From: Trypanosoma brucei
Taxonomy: Eukaryota
Assembly (NCBI GenBank): GCA_000002445.1
Contig: AL929603.2
Coordinates: 160,001-224,000, forward strand
Length of the DNA stretch: 64,000 bases
Direction: 5' to 3'
The position numbers and the translations under genes were made by a program. The notes beneath the pieces are model-generated. The model was not told the DNA's origin. It saw only the letters and a program-made list of their open reading frames with translations, and ran no database searches. Shown one piece after another: positions 55,585-64,000 of this stretch (within the stretch, counting starts at the first letter, position 1; the number at the start of each line of letters is the position of its first letter).

Positions 55585-57790
55585 GCGCCCGCTAAAAGTG
55601 TGCGGCGTAAGTTCTATTTTACTTTCTACCGACTGCTACTACTGCTACCCGCAACCTTCTCAAGCATTATATTTTGTTTTAAACACTCCCGCACATCCGT
55701 CACACGACACCCCTCCACGCCACCGCTCAGAGCAACACGCCGCGCAACATGAGACCATAAGGTTCTCGGTATCCATGCGGCACTGGGGGCAAAAGCGGTT
55801 CGTGTATGATTTAGAACAGATAAATTAAATGAACATAAACAAGAGAGGGGAATAATAAAACATAAAAAGAAAAAAGGGAAGAAGAGGAAAGGAGAGGGGG
55901 GGGGGAAGAAAATAATCAGGACGGTCCCGTATGGTACGGACAGTGCAAGGATGAGTTGCCGTGAAAATATGGGGAAAAGCAGGACAACAGACCTGAGCGA
56001 TTTCCGCCATTGATGATCACATAAGTGACCAAAGGCATTCATTCATCACACGGACTGCGCAACGCATATAAATGCTCCCGTTTCCCGAATCCAACAAACA
56101 ATCACATCACACCGTAGGGTTACCGACGGCAACTACAGCGACTACCAGCTCGCTTCTTGCAAATTACTGCGAGGTGAGACTCGGGGCATATATACCTTGT
56201 GCAAAGAGTAACGCAGATATAGCAGCCGTTATCAAAAGAGTGAATATCCATCCGAGGTACATTTTCCCAACCATCATCCATCGCACCTTGCGGAATCCAC
56301 AATCCATAATACTGATAGCCACAACAGCACCTGTGATGCAGTGTGTTGAAGAGACGGGAATACCGAAGGCGGAACACAGTGACACGACAAGAGCAGCGGA
56401 AAGTTCTGCTGAAAACCCACGGCTAGGAGTAATCTTCGTAATGCGTTCCCCAAGCAACCGCATGATTCTAACACCCAACGTCGCGAGACCAACCACTAAC
56501 CCAGCTCCACCAAGAACCAATATCCATAATGGTACATCGTTCTCTTCTACCACTTGTTGGTTGATATAAATGGAGTACATGGCGGAAAATGGGGCAATGG
56601 CGTTACTCACATCGTTGGCACCATGTGCGAAGGATGCACAAACGGCCGTAAATACCTGAAGGTAACGAAACACATACTCCACACGTTCATCATATATTTG
56701 CACATCAAATTTCAATGCTTCATCAACGACACCTGTCATACTTAGTCGACTCATATTTTTCGATTGGTACTCAGTTGTTGGAGAGTCGCTGGTTGGCTCG
56801 CTCGATGGTGGGACTATGCGATTCGCAGTATCAACAGGACCTTCCACCGCTGCCCCCACTCCAGCAGCATTCTCTGATATGGCACCCGCATCTCCTGATA
56901 TTTCCGGCGCGGTATTCATCCCTGTTTCAGCCCTTTCCCGCTCAGCTCTTTCAGTTATCAACCTCACACGGCGTCTCAGAAGTGGGATACAAGCCGCAGA
57001 AATGGAGGCAGCCCCAAGTCCAATGAGGGCAGCAACCCATGACGCCTTCGCAGGTCCCCAGTGTAGATGAGAGTCCGCTCCCTTAAATAGCACAAAGAAT
57101 GACTCCAGGAAAAATGTCACTCCGACAATTAATGGAAGGGCAAACAAAGCGCGGTTCACGGAGTTGGCAGGGCGCAGTACAACGAGCCGCAACAATGCAT
57201 ACAGCGAAGCAGCCACTGCGCCAGCAAACACTGGTGAAATGAACCATGACGCAATGATCGGGGCGACGCCAGTAACATACGGAAATTCATCGATCTTCTT
57301 AGCAAAGGAAACAGCGCCAAAACCACCGTACACAAGCGCAAAGCCAATTATAGCACCCGCAATGCTATGAGTTGAAGACACGGGAAGGCTCATCATGGTG
57401 GCGAATAACAACCAAATGAAGGTTGCACTCAATGCGCACATCATACCGTACATCAGCACATATGGTTCATTTGCAAATGTCATTGGATTCGCAATACCAC
57501 CTGATATTGTTGAGGTTACTTCAGACCCAAGAGAAACGGCACCCACAAGCTCACAGATGGAGGCGAGTATAACAATTTGCCACAGGTTGAGCACTCGCGA
57601 GCCATACGTTGTACCAAAGGAATTCGCGAGGTCATTCATACCAACACCACAGCCGGTGAGGAACGAAACGATCCCACCGACAATAATGACCCATAAGTAT
57701 GGATGCACCATGATGAAATATGGTATTCACTTACTTCTTTCTCCTTGTTTACAATAATCTTATAGCTTAAGGCCAGCACGTAACTTACTA
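55585..57790 (-). repeat. tandem duplication unit B (phosphate transporter gene + 3' flank)
   Basis: See unit A. The 54090-55585 spacer is unique. Confidence 0.9.
56164..57711 (-). CDS. inorganic phosphate transporter, PHO4/PiT family, copy B, 515 aa
   Basis: It is about 98% identical to copy A. It differs in two short patches of the central loop (TTEYQSKNMSRLSMTG vs AKENPANNASGLTTPG, and GADSHLHW vs GAKARLHW). Confidence 0.8.
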   Translation of the reverse strand: MVHPYLWVIIVGGIVSFLTGCGVGMNDLANSFGTTYGSRVLNLWQIVILASICELVGAVSLGSEVTSTISGGIANPMTFANEPYVLMYGMMCALSATFIWLLFATMMSLPVSSTHSIAGAIIGFALVYGGFGAVSFAKKIDEFPYVTGVAPIIASWFISPVFAGAVAASLYALLRLVVLRPANSVNRALFALPLIVGVTFFLESFFVLFKGADSHLHWGPAKASWVAALIGLGAASISAACIPLLRRRVRLITERAERERAETGMNTAPEISGDAGAISENAAGVGAAVEGPVDTANRIVPPSSEPTSDSPTTEYQSKNMSRLSMTGVVDEALKFDVQIYDERVEYVFRYLQVFTAVCASFAHGANDVSNAIAPFSAMYSIYINQQVVEENDVPLWILVLGGAGLVVGLATLGVRIMRLLGERITKITPSRGFSAELSAALVVSLCSAFGIPVSSTHCITGAVVAISIMDCGFRKVRWMMVGKMYLGWIFTLLITAAISALLFAQGIYAPSLTSQ

Positions 57791-58080
57791 ATACCGTGTA
57801 ACGGTATTTCTTTCGGAAGTAGTTCGAAACATGAAATGAAGAAATTAGGAGATGAGCGCGCATAATTGGGAAACGTAAATTTTTATATCCTGTGTATTAA
57901 AAATGGAGTAGCATCGCAATTATTGCTTGTTTTTGTCGCGAACAGTAGCAAAGAGCCTTAAGAGGGGAAATTGGTGCAAAATGTATGTTCTGTTTGATTG
58001 ATCTTAACTTCCTCATATATCTTTCTATGGCGGTGAGTGCTCTTGTTTTCATTTTGGCGTTGTCTCCTGTGTTAGTTATA

Positions 58081-59208
58081 TCACTTTCCACAACCGTGCT
58101 TTTTGTATAGTTCTTCTATGTGTTTCTCGCGGCGCATAATGCGCCTAATTTCACTCTTTATAGAGTTCTTTATGTCGTGCTGCAGCTGAAGATAAATCGC
58201 TCTCCGCTGAGTTTCGAATCGTGCGAGTAGACATTCCCTTTCGTGTTTTTCCTTCTGCTGTATAGCAAAGTAATTTCTTTGGTGCTCAGGGGGAATCCCA
58301 GTAAGTTTCTGCGTCTCTCCTTCCATGAGTGTTTTAATGGCAAAACACTCATCGAGAGCATCCTGGAAAATTGTTCTCCTTCCAATAAACTCCTCATTTT
58401 CAACCACCACCGAAGCCTTGTTGAAGAAACCCCTTACTAATGCTTGTCGTCGCCTACCCTCGCGATCACACGTCTTTTTGCGCTCGTTGTACTCTTCCAT
58501 CAAAAGATGCTCAATACGTCTTGCATTTAACTTCATGGTCTTTGCTGTAGCGGCAGCGTCATGTTGTCTTTTCTTCTTGGACATCTCTTTCACCTGTTTA
58601 CCTAACAGTGAATACACAGCCTTGCGGTAAGATGTGCCAAAACCGTTGCGCTCTAGTTGTCGGACTAACAGCTGAATCAGAATGTTTGGCTGATCTTCTT
58701 CGGAAACCCTTGTCCTGTGATCCCATGGCCCACGCAAATCCTTTCGCTTCATTGACACACGCTGCACGTTACCCCCGCTTAAGGTATCCCTCCGTAAAGT
58801 GGTCAAAAAGCGCAAAGATGATACATTATCCACGCAACCGCGACGAAAGAGAGGACCTGCAAGAGATCTTATTACATTAGATGTTGGCAAAAGGCAACAT
58901 CTATTGTCAGGAGATGTCACTGCACGCTTCCAGGCTTGCGGATCCCTTATGATGTCACTGATAAACCTCTCAACGAGGGGATCACACATTCTTTTCCTTC
59001 GAGAAACACAGAAACGGCACGAACCCCACTCCCTATATGCTCCCTGAAAACGCTTCAACGGGTACCGACAATACAATAGGAAAAGATGAAGATAAAAACA
59101 GCGAAAGAGTAATGGCGAAGAACAGAAGAACAAGCAAACAAACTTGGGTGGTGCGTTGGAAAGACCCTGTAGAGCTAAAAAAAAAAAAAAAGACCCGCAA
59201 CGATACAC
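58081..59208 (-). CDS. hypothetical protein (up to 375 aa; true start probably an internal Met, e.g. MCDPLVERF...)
   Basis: It is a long ORF on the polycistron strand with a basic, charged C-terminal half. The N-terminal about 70 codons overlap a homopolymer-rich, UTR-like region. Confidence 0.4.
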   Translation of the reverse strand: MYRCGSFFFFLALQGLSNAPPKFVCLFFCSSPLLFRCFYLHLFLLYCRYPLKRFQGAYREWGSCRFCVSRRKRMCDPLVERFISDIIRDPQAWKRAVTSPDNRCCLLPTSNVIRSLAGPLFRRGCVDNVSSLRFLTTLRRDTLSGGNVQRVSMKRKDLRGPWDHRTRVSEEDQPNILIQLLVRQLERNGFGTSYRKAVYSLLGKQVKEMSKKKRQHDAAATAKTMKLNARRIEHLLMEEYNERKKTCDREGRRRQALVRGFFNKASVVVENEEFIGRRTIFQDALDECFAIKTLMEGETQKLTGIPPEHQRNYFAIQQKEKHERECLLARFETQRRAIYLQLQHDIKNSIKSEIRRIMRREKHIEELYKKHGCGK

Positions 59209-59567
59209 GCACGTTTATTTTGCTCAGGCGGGAGCGCAGGTGCACCGAAGGGAGGGGTTTCGGCGGAGGTGAAACCATCATGAAGGACTGCCAACGGAAT
59301 TAAACTTTGACAGCAGACGAGACCCCGGGGAATTCCCTTTCCCTTTCCTTCCTCCCTTTTTTTTTTTATGTCGCCGCGTCGTGTACATGCGCGGGTGGTT
59401 AAAAAAAAAAAAGTAAAAGCGGAAGTGACGAGTAGCGGACGCCCTCCCTCAACTCCCCTTTTCTCTCCTTTTCTTTCACTTTTCAGTTTCATGCTGGAGC
59501 CGCCGCCCCCCCCCCAACGATTGCTGATTTAAATCACTTAAGACCTTTCTAACGCCATGCCTCGCAC

Positions 59568-60083
59568 TCATCTGGGTTCAAGTGCTTCTCTTCCTTCACT
59601 CGGTCCTCCATTCCATGCGATGGGTGTCACCGTTACGGTCGGCCGCGGCATTGCAATAAATCGCCCCATCAGCTCCACCTGAGGTACTGGCGGAGGGCAG
59701 TTGTTCATACGTCCATCGAAGTAAGCGACTTGCGTGTAGTATCCGACGCGCAGAAACTCCTGCTCCCTGTACTGAAAAGATATTACGAGAATTGTAACCC
59801 CTAACACTTCCTGCGTAGGAACCAACTCCACCTGCGGTGGGTCACATTCCATTGTGAATTCCGTCACCCCCTGCGCAAGAGGTCCTACATCAAAGGAATC
59901 GAGTACCTGATCATGGTTTGGTGATGCAGCACTACCGACCCACACGAAAGCAATGGATATGGTGTCATCTAATGCTTCTAAAGCCTCTAACCGCATCCGC
60001 CAGTGCATTGGTTGGGTGTAAGAAGAAGGATTGTCCCCTATCAGTTCTATCTCCAAAAGTTGTACAATTGGTTGTATGCTCAT
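59568..60083 (-). CDS. ASF1A: histone chaperone ASF1 (anti-silencing function 1), 171 aa from MSIQPIV...
   Basis: It is collinear with the conserved ASF1 N-terminal core: MSI..V..L..I....NP..F..P...R..LE.L, LDSFDVGP, FTMECDPP, ELVPTQEVLGVTILVISFQYREQEFLRVGYY. The A paralogue assignment is from recalled gene order only. Confidence 0.7.
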   Translation of the reverse strand: MSIQPIVQLLEIELIGDNPSSYTQPMHWRMRLEALEALDDTISIAFVWVGSAASPNHDQVLDSFDVGPLAQGVTEFTMECDPPQVELVPTQEVLGVTILVISFQYREQEFLRVGYYTQVAYFDGRMNNCPPPVPQVELMGRFIAMPRPTVTVTPIAWNGGPSEGREALEPR

Positions 60084-60726
60084 CCCTTCACCAAACCTCA
60101 ATTAAGCTACCGTTATAGATTGAATTCTTGTATTGTTCCCTGATTTGGGTCCAATTCACTAATGTAATTACTTGGAATTATGTGTGTGTGCGTGTGTGTT
60201 TAAGAAGCTTAGGCGCCGCGTTCGCTAAAAGCGTCTATGATTTTAACAAATCTTGTGATGTCTATCTATGTCACTGCGCAGTAACAGCGAAAACGTTTTG
60301 GGCGCGCGACAGCCGAGTATGTCCTTAAGTACTGCCGTACTGACGAATGTGCAACACTACTACCACGTCCTTCCCTCAGTTCTTTCGTTTTTCTTGGCTG
60401 AAATTGAAAGTGCAAAAAAAAAAAAAAGGGAAGTGGCAAGGTTTAAATTCTCAAAACAAATAAATAAAAACACAAACTTCAGGTTAAGCTTCTGTCTTGG
60501 CCTTCGTTCTATGCTGCGCAGACCCACAACTACTTAACCAGAGGAGCGGAAAAAAAAAGAACCAGACTCTTGAGAGAACCTTGTCCGAACGCAGAGTACG
60601 AAACCAAAATATTGACAATGAGAGTTATGACAATGCGAGAGGGATCAAGTTTTGAATGAAACGATGAAGGTATACCCGGCGAAAGGATCATCACTAAGAA
60701 CATATACTAACACACACCTTCCCTGG

Positions 60727-63700
60727 CTATTCTCGCATAAGATCAGCGACGCTACACTGTTCCTTGATGAAAGTAGCACGAACCATTTCACTTCCCTCTA
60801 CACTGAACATGAACAGGCAATGCTTCAAGGAGCCAGAAAGAATATTGAGCAACATCTTCCATTCATTAGAGAGCCATTGCAAACCGACCAACTCCTCCGG
60901 TGGGGTCCCTGAGACATCGGAGGTAATTTCCACCACGTGCGATTGAGTGAGAAGCCGCCACCAGCACTCTTCGTGAGGTGTCTGCCAATCTTCTAATTGT
61001 TTAATGCGAGCCAAGTAATAATCCGCAAAAATCTCGTCCACTGTTAAGGCGCATGCTCGTTTCAATGGAATACACTGCTCCAATAATGAATGAAGCACGG
61101 AAGGAGATCTTACCTTGGTTTGAGCGCATTGTTTTGCGGTGGCACCAAATTGAATATCAGCCTCAAAGTACACAAGGCTCTGAGAAAAGTCCGAGGGGGA
61201 CACTACAAACTTTCCACTTCCAGAGACGAGAGTGCTGGGACGGCCACCCAAAATCTCAATGCATTCGGGTTTGTCAGAGCCCTGGCACTTGAGAAGCCGA
61301 AATCCCACAATGTTGCCAAATACATGACGCCGTGGGCTAGCCTTGACATTCGAGGACCTTAAATCCTCTACCTGTTCTTCTTCACTGCTTAAGGTACGTG
61401 CTGCACTTGTTTCTGAAACCGTAATACTCTGCTCAACAGGGGTAGATGCTTCCTGGCGTAATTGATACCGTGGAGACGGCTGCGCTGTGGCTGCAGGATT
61501 AGGTAACTCATCCCCTCCAACCAGTTCTCTCGACAGTCGACATATATCGGCCCGAGCTTCCTCACTCAACGTCCGCATTCGTAGCAGCTCCTCAGAACGG
61601 GCAATAATAGGCCTACTTGACTTCGCCATCCCACGAATTTTCCCAAGTGACTCAACAACACCGCGAAGGAGCGGCTCAGCAGGACGGCTGTAAACCTTCG
61701 TGTACTCATTCGCCAGTACGTGTATGCAATCGGGTCCCAAGTCCTCCGCGCAACGTATAAAAGAAGCATTCTGCACAATAACAGGTGTGAATGGTATTGA
61801 TGGCAAAGCAAGCACAATCTCTTTTGAGCCCGTGGCATGTGGGACATCAATCATAAAGTAGGAAGCCGGAACACATCCAGGTTTCCATCCGTCATTTAAG
61901 GCCACGATAATATGTGAGTTGACCGTGTCCACACTCTTGGTGCCGACGAACAAGCCAGCAAAATCGATGGCATCACCTGTCTCTGTTTTTGGGGACACAT
62001 CTTCAGCTGAGCGCAAAGGTTGCCTCACAAACCCCTTACGCGGCGGTGAGACTATGCTATACCGAAGAGGGCTCCGAGAGTACAAAACTGTCGTCCGCTG
62101 GAAGGGGTGACCAGGTCGGAAGCGTGAAGGGGTTACGGAGAAAACGACAATCTCAGCTCCCTCCGGTGGAAAATCACACGAATGTTCCTCCAAATCCCCC
62201 GCCGGACAGTTGGCACCGCAATCATCCCATATTTGCAAGAGGACGTCCCCCTGTCGCTCACAAGACAACAAAAACGATGTCAGACGTGAAAGTTGTCGGT
62301 CACTTTTTCCTTCAAACGGAGCAACAGCTCCGCGTGCCATACATTCCTGGAAACTTAGCTGCGCCAATAAACTCCTCACAATTTTCAACGCACCACCTGT
62401 GCTGCCTCTTGTGTCGCCAGTTCGCGCACCCTTAAATGTTTTCTCAAGGAAAAAGGGCGGAAGCACGCGCTCCACTCGCCCTTTCAAACAAGGTACCAAA
62501 CCACCAAGCATATCCATAGCGGAAGGCAGCAGTGTCGGCAAACAAGTATGATAGAGACCTAGAGGTGAGGAAGGTCCCACAGGTTGTGTGCAGTTGTAGT
62601 TAATGGAGAGGAGCACTTCATCTTTGCATTCTAGTGGAGAACAACAGTCTCTCCTCAGCATCCTCGCACCGCAAGTAACAATCTTCTGACCACACCGCAG
62701 GGTTCCATTACGAACTAAGTTCGTTAATGGAATATCAAGAGACACTTTAACGTGGTAAAACCCATCGGAAACCACTGCCGTGCAGGTGTGAGGAGTAAGG
62801 CGCTCCTCAAAAGATACCGACACTACCCAGACTACCACCAGTGAGGCTGCTTGAACGTCCCCTTCCGCAATCAAACGCAAAGCAGGCCGTTTGCCCTCAA
62901 CATACTCGTGATTATATTTAAAACACATGTGAAGCAAAGTATGTGCGACAGAAAACACGGGAAGGGGTGGATCAATGTGTAATGTGAGTCCCCGCAACTT
63001 CAGAAGCGTGGACGTCAACATTTGAAGACACCACGCATCTGGGCAGCCCCGTGGAGAAGCCCCCAAGGTAAGCATGGCCTTACGAAAATTTGCCGATGGT
63101 ATGAACTCACACTCCGCTGGTATTTCCAGTAACTTCAGAAGTTCAGGTGAACACCCAAATTGCTTAAACAAAAAGTTTCCTCGCACAATCTCGTCAATTG
63201 AGGGAGGTACCGTCATCGATAATGAGCGAAACGTGAAAATGTCAAACGAAAGATGTCGGGGGGTTCGACCTACTTCCGACCCCTCACCCTCTGAACTCGG
63301 CATGTGGGACGCCGATGGCACCGCTTCCCCTACTCCTTTCGCAACCGCTCCTTTATTCTTAGCAAAAGGAACCACAAACGGCTTTCTTGCTAGCTTGGAT
63401 GATGACAATGGCGATGATGATGCTGATTTACGGTGTGTACGTGGCGTCCTCTTCGACAAGGAGGCACCTGCTCCCGAAATGGGTTTAGCAGATGAAGCTG
63501 CGTTCGCACTTGCTACTTGCAGTGACGACTCTGATACAGTTACGGTTTTACCAGCGGCAGATACAAAAAGCGTTGGAACATCTGTGGAATTTCCTTGTAC
63601 CGCAGTGCTCTCTTGGCCATTTTCAGTATTCATTCGTGCCCTTGCTACTTGCAGTGACGACTCTGATACAGTTATGGGTTTACCAGCGGCAGATACAAAA

Positions 63701-64000
63701 AGCGTTGGAACATCTGTGGAATTTCCTTGTACCGCAGTGCTCTCTTGGCCATTTTCAGTATTCATTCGTGCCCTTGCTACTTGCAGTGACGACTCTGATA
63801 CAGTTATGGGTTTACCAGCGGCAGATACAAAAAGCGTTGGAACATCTGTGGAATTTCCTTGTACCGCAGTGCTCTCTTGGCCATTTTCAGTATTCATTCG
63901 TGCCCTTGCTACTTGCAGTGACGACTCTGATACAGTTATGGGTTTACCAGCAGCAGATACAAAAAGCGTTGGAACATCTGTGGAATTTCCTTGTACCGCA
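60727..64000 (-). CDS. BRCA2: BRCA2 homologue, C-terminal ~1090 codons (BRC repeat array + helical/OB DNA-binding region); 5' end outside window
   Basis: It carries tandem 44-aa BRC repeats containing the RAD51-binding core LFVSAAGKPITVSESSLQVA (consensus F-x-[TS]-A-x-G-K...[VI]...S). A large conserved C-terminal domain follows. A T. brucei BRCA2 with many identical BRC repeats is established knowledge. Confidence 0.75.
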   Translation of the reverse strand, partial: AVQGNSTDVPTLFVSAAGKPITVSESSLQVARARMNTENGQESTAVQGNSTDVPTLFVSAAGKPITVSESSLQVARARMNTENGQESTAVQGNSTDVPTLFVSAAGKPITVSESSLQVARARMNTENGQESTAVQGNSTDVPTLFVSAAGKTVTVSESSLQVASANAASSAKPISGAGASLSKRTPRTHRKSASSSPLSSSKLARKPFVVPFAKNKGAVAKGVGEAVPSASHMPSSEGEGSEVGRTPRHLSFDIFTFRSLSMTVPPSIDEIVRGNFLFKQFGCSPELLKLLEIPAECEFIPSANFRKAMLTLGASPRGCPDAWCLQMLTSTLLKLRGLTLHIDPPLPVFSVAHTLLHMCFKYNHEYVEGKRPALRLIAEGDVQAASLVVVWVVSVSFEERLTPHTCTAVVSDGFYHVKVSLDIPLTNLVRNGTLRCGQKIVTCGARMLRRDCCSPLECKDEVLLSINYNCTQPVGPSSPLGLYHTCLPTLLPSAMDMLGGLVPCLKGRVERVLPPFFLEKTFKGARTGDTRGSTGGALKIVRSLLAQLSFQECMARGAVAPFEGKSDRQLSRLTSFLLSCERQGDVLLQIWDDCGANCPAGDLEEHSCDFPPEGAEIVVFSVTPSRFRPGHPFQRTTVLYSRSPLRYSIVSPPRKGFVRQPLRSAEDVSPKTETGDAIDFAGLFVGTKSVDTVNSHIIVALNDGWKPGCVPASYFMIDVPHATGSKEIVLALPSIPFTPVIVQNASFIRCAEDLGPDCIHVLANEYTKVYSRPAEPLLRGVVESLGKIRGMAKSSRPIIARSEELLRMRTLSEEARADICRLSRELVGGDELPNPAATAQPSPRYQLRQEASTPVEQSITVSETSAARTLSSEEEQVEDLRSSNVKASPRRHVFGNIVGFRLLKCQGSDKPECIEILGGRPSTLVSGSGKFVVSPSDFSQSLVYFEADIQFGATAKQCAQTKVRSPSVLHSLLEQCIPLKRACALTVDEIFADYYLARIKQLEDWQTPHEECWWRLLTQSHVVEITSDVSGTPPEELVGLQWLSNEWKMLLNILSGSLKHCLFMFSVEGSEMVRATFIKEQCSVADLMRE
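63502..64000 (-). repeat. BRC repeat array: perfect 132-bp (44-codon) tandem units, >=3.8 units in window, continuing beyond the window edge; most C-terminal unit diverged
   Basis: The string tgctacttgc recurs at 63511, 63643, 63775 and 63907. The intervening sequence is identical. Confidence 0.9.

Noticed and set aside
57800-57840. gttcgaaac and similar strings checked as possible tRNA T-loops
   Set aside because: There is no convincing cloverleaf and no matching acceptor-stem or anticodon arms around them. I cannot support any tRNA call by eye.
63400-64000. Regular 132-bp direct repeats that could superficially resemble a CRISPR-like array
   Set aside because: The units are identical, with no unique spacers. 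They are in frame within BRCA2 and encode BRC motifs. The sequence is eukaryotic.
1-64000. Search for a prokaryotic-style defence or mobile 'system' (operons, integrases, toxin-antitoxin, CRISPR-Cas)
   Set aside because: Codon usage, gene structures (2A peptides, VSG, RHS, LRR, spliced-leader-type polypyrimidine tracts) and the gene identities are trypanosomatid. No bacterial-type modules are present.

Overview
This window reads as trypanosomatid nuclear DNA, most like Trypanosoma brucei, and is not prokaryotic. That identification is by eye from protein motifs and known element sequences; no database search was possible. There is no CRISPR, no operon logic and no rRNA or tRNA that I can support.

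The left ~43 kb is a retroelement and RHS cluster:
- Three full-length ingi non-LTR retrotransposons of about 5.2 kb (424-5625 +, 7799-13014 -, 31224-36434 +). Each has ORF1 with an N-terminal 2A peptide DVEENPG(P) and an APE-type endonuclease with the SDH motif. Each has ORF2 with an FADD reverse transcriptase box, an RNase H and five C2H2 zinc fingers.
- One complete RIME (7276-7786 -), a 3'-truncated inverted ingi 5' fragment (36435-37090 -) and a degenerate ingi-related element or DIRE (38085-39249 +).
- RHS (retrotransposon hot spot) gene pieces interrupted at the conserved hot spot. One RHS N-terminus reads in frame into ingi ORF1.
- A frame-shifted VSG 3' pseudogene fragment (37091-38050 +).
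- A 1,395-codon ESAG8-like leucine-rich-repeat protein gene (21845-26029 +).
- Long AT-rich spacers carrying microsatellites.

The right ~21 kb is one minus-strand, polycistron-like gene run:
- a hypothetical protein;
- the RNA polymerase III second-largest subunit (RPC2-like);
- a WD40 protein;
- a DOT1-like histone methyltransferase (probably DOT1B);
- two tandem PHO4/PiT-family phosphate transporters, with a mosaic divergent patch between the copies;
- a hypothetical protein;
- ASF1;
- the 3' part of BRCA2, whose identical 132-bp BRC repeats run to the window edge.

This gene order matches what I recall for the left arm of T. brucei chromosome 1 (DOT1B / phosphate transporters / ASF1A / BRCA2). 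That is recalled, not verified.

The main things worth a second look are the convergent inverted ingi pair, the in-frame RHS-2A-ingi fusion ORF, the stacked RIME+ingi insertion that re-uses a 12-nt hot-spot duplication, the conserved -1 overlap at the ORF1/ORF2 junction, the ingi/ingi inversion junction beside a VSG fragment and a compact DIRE, and the BRC-repeat and phosphate-transporter arrays.
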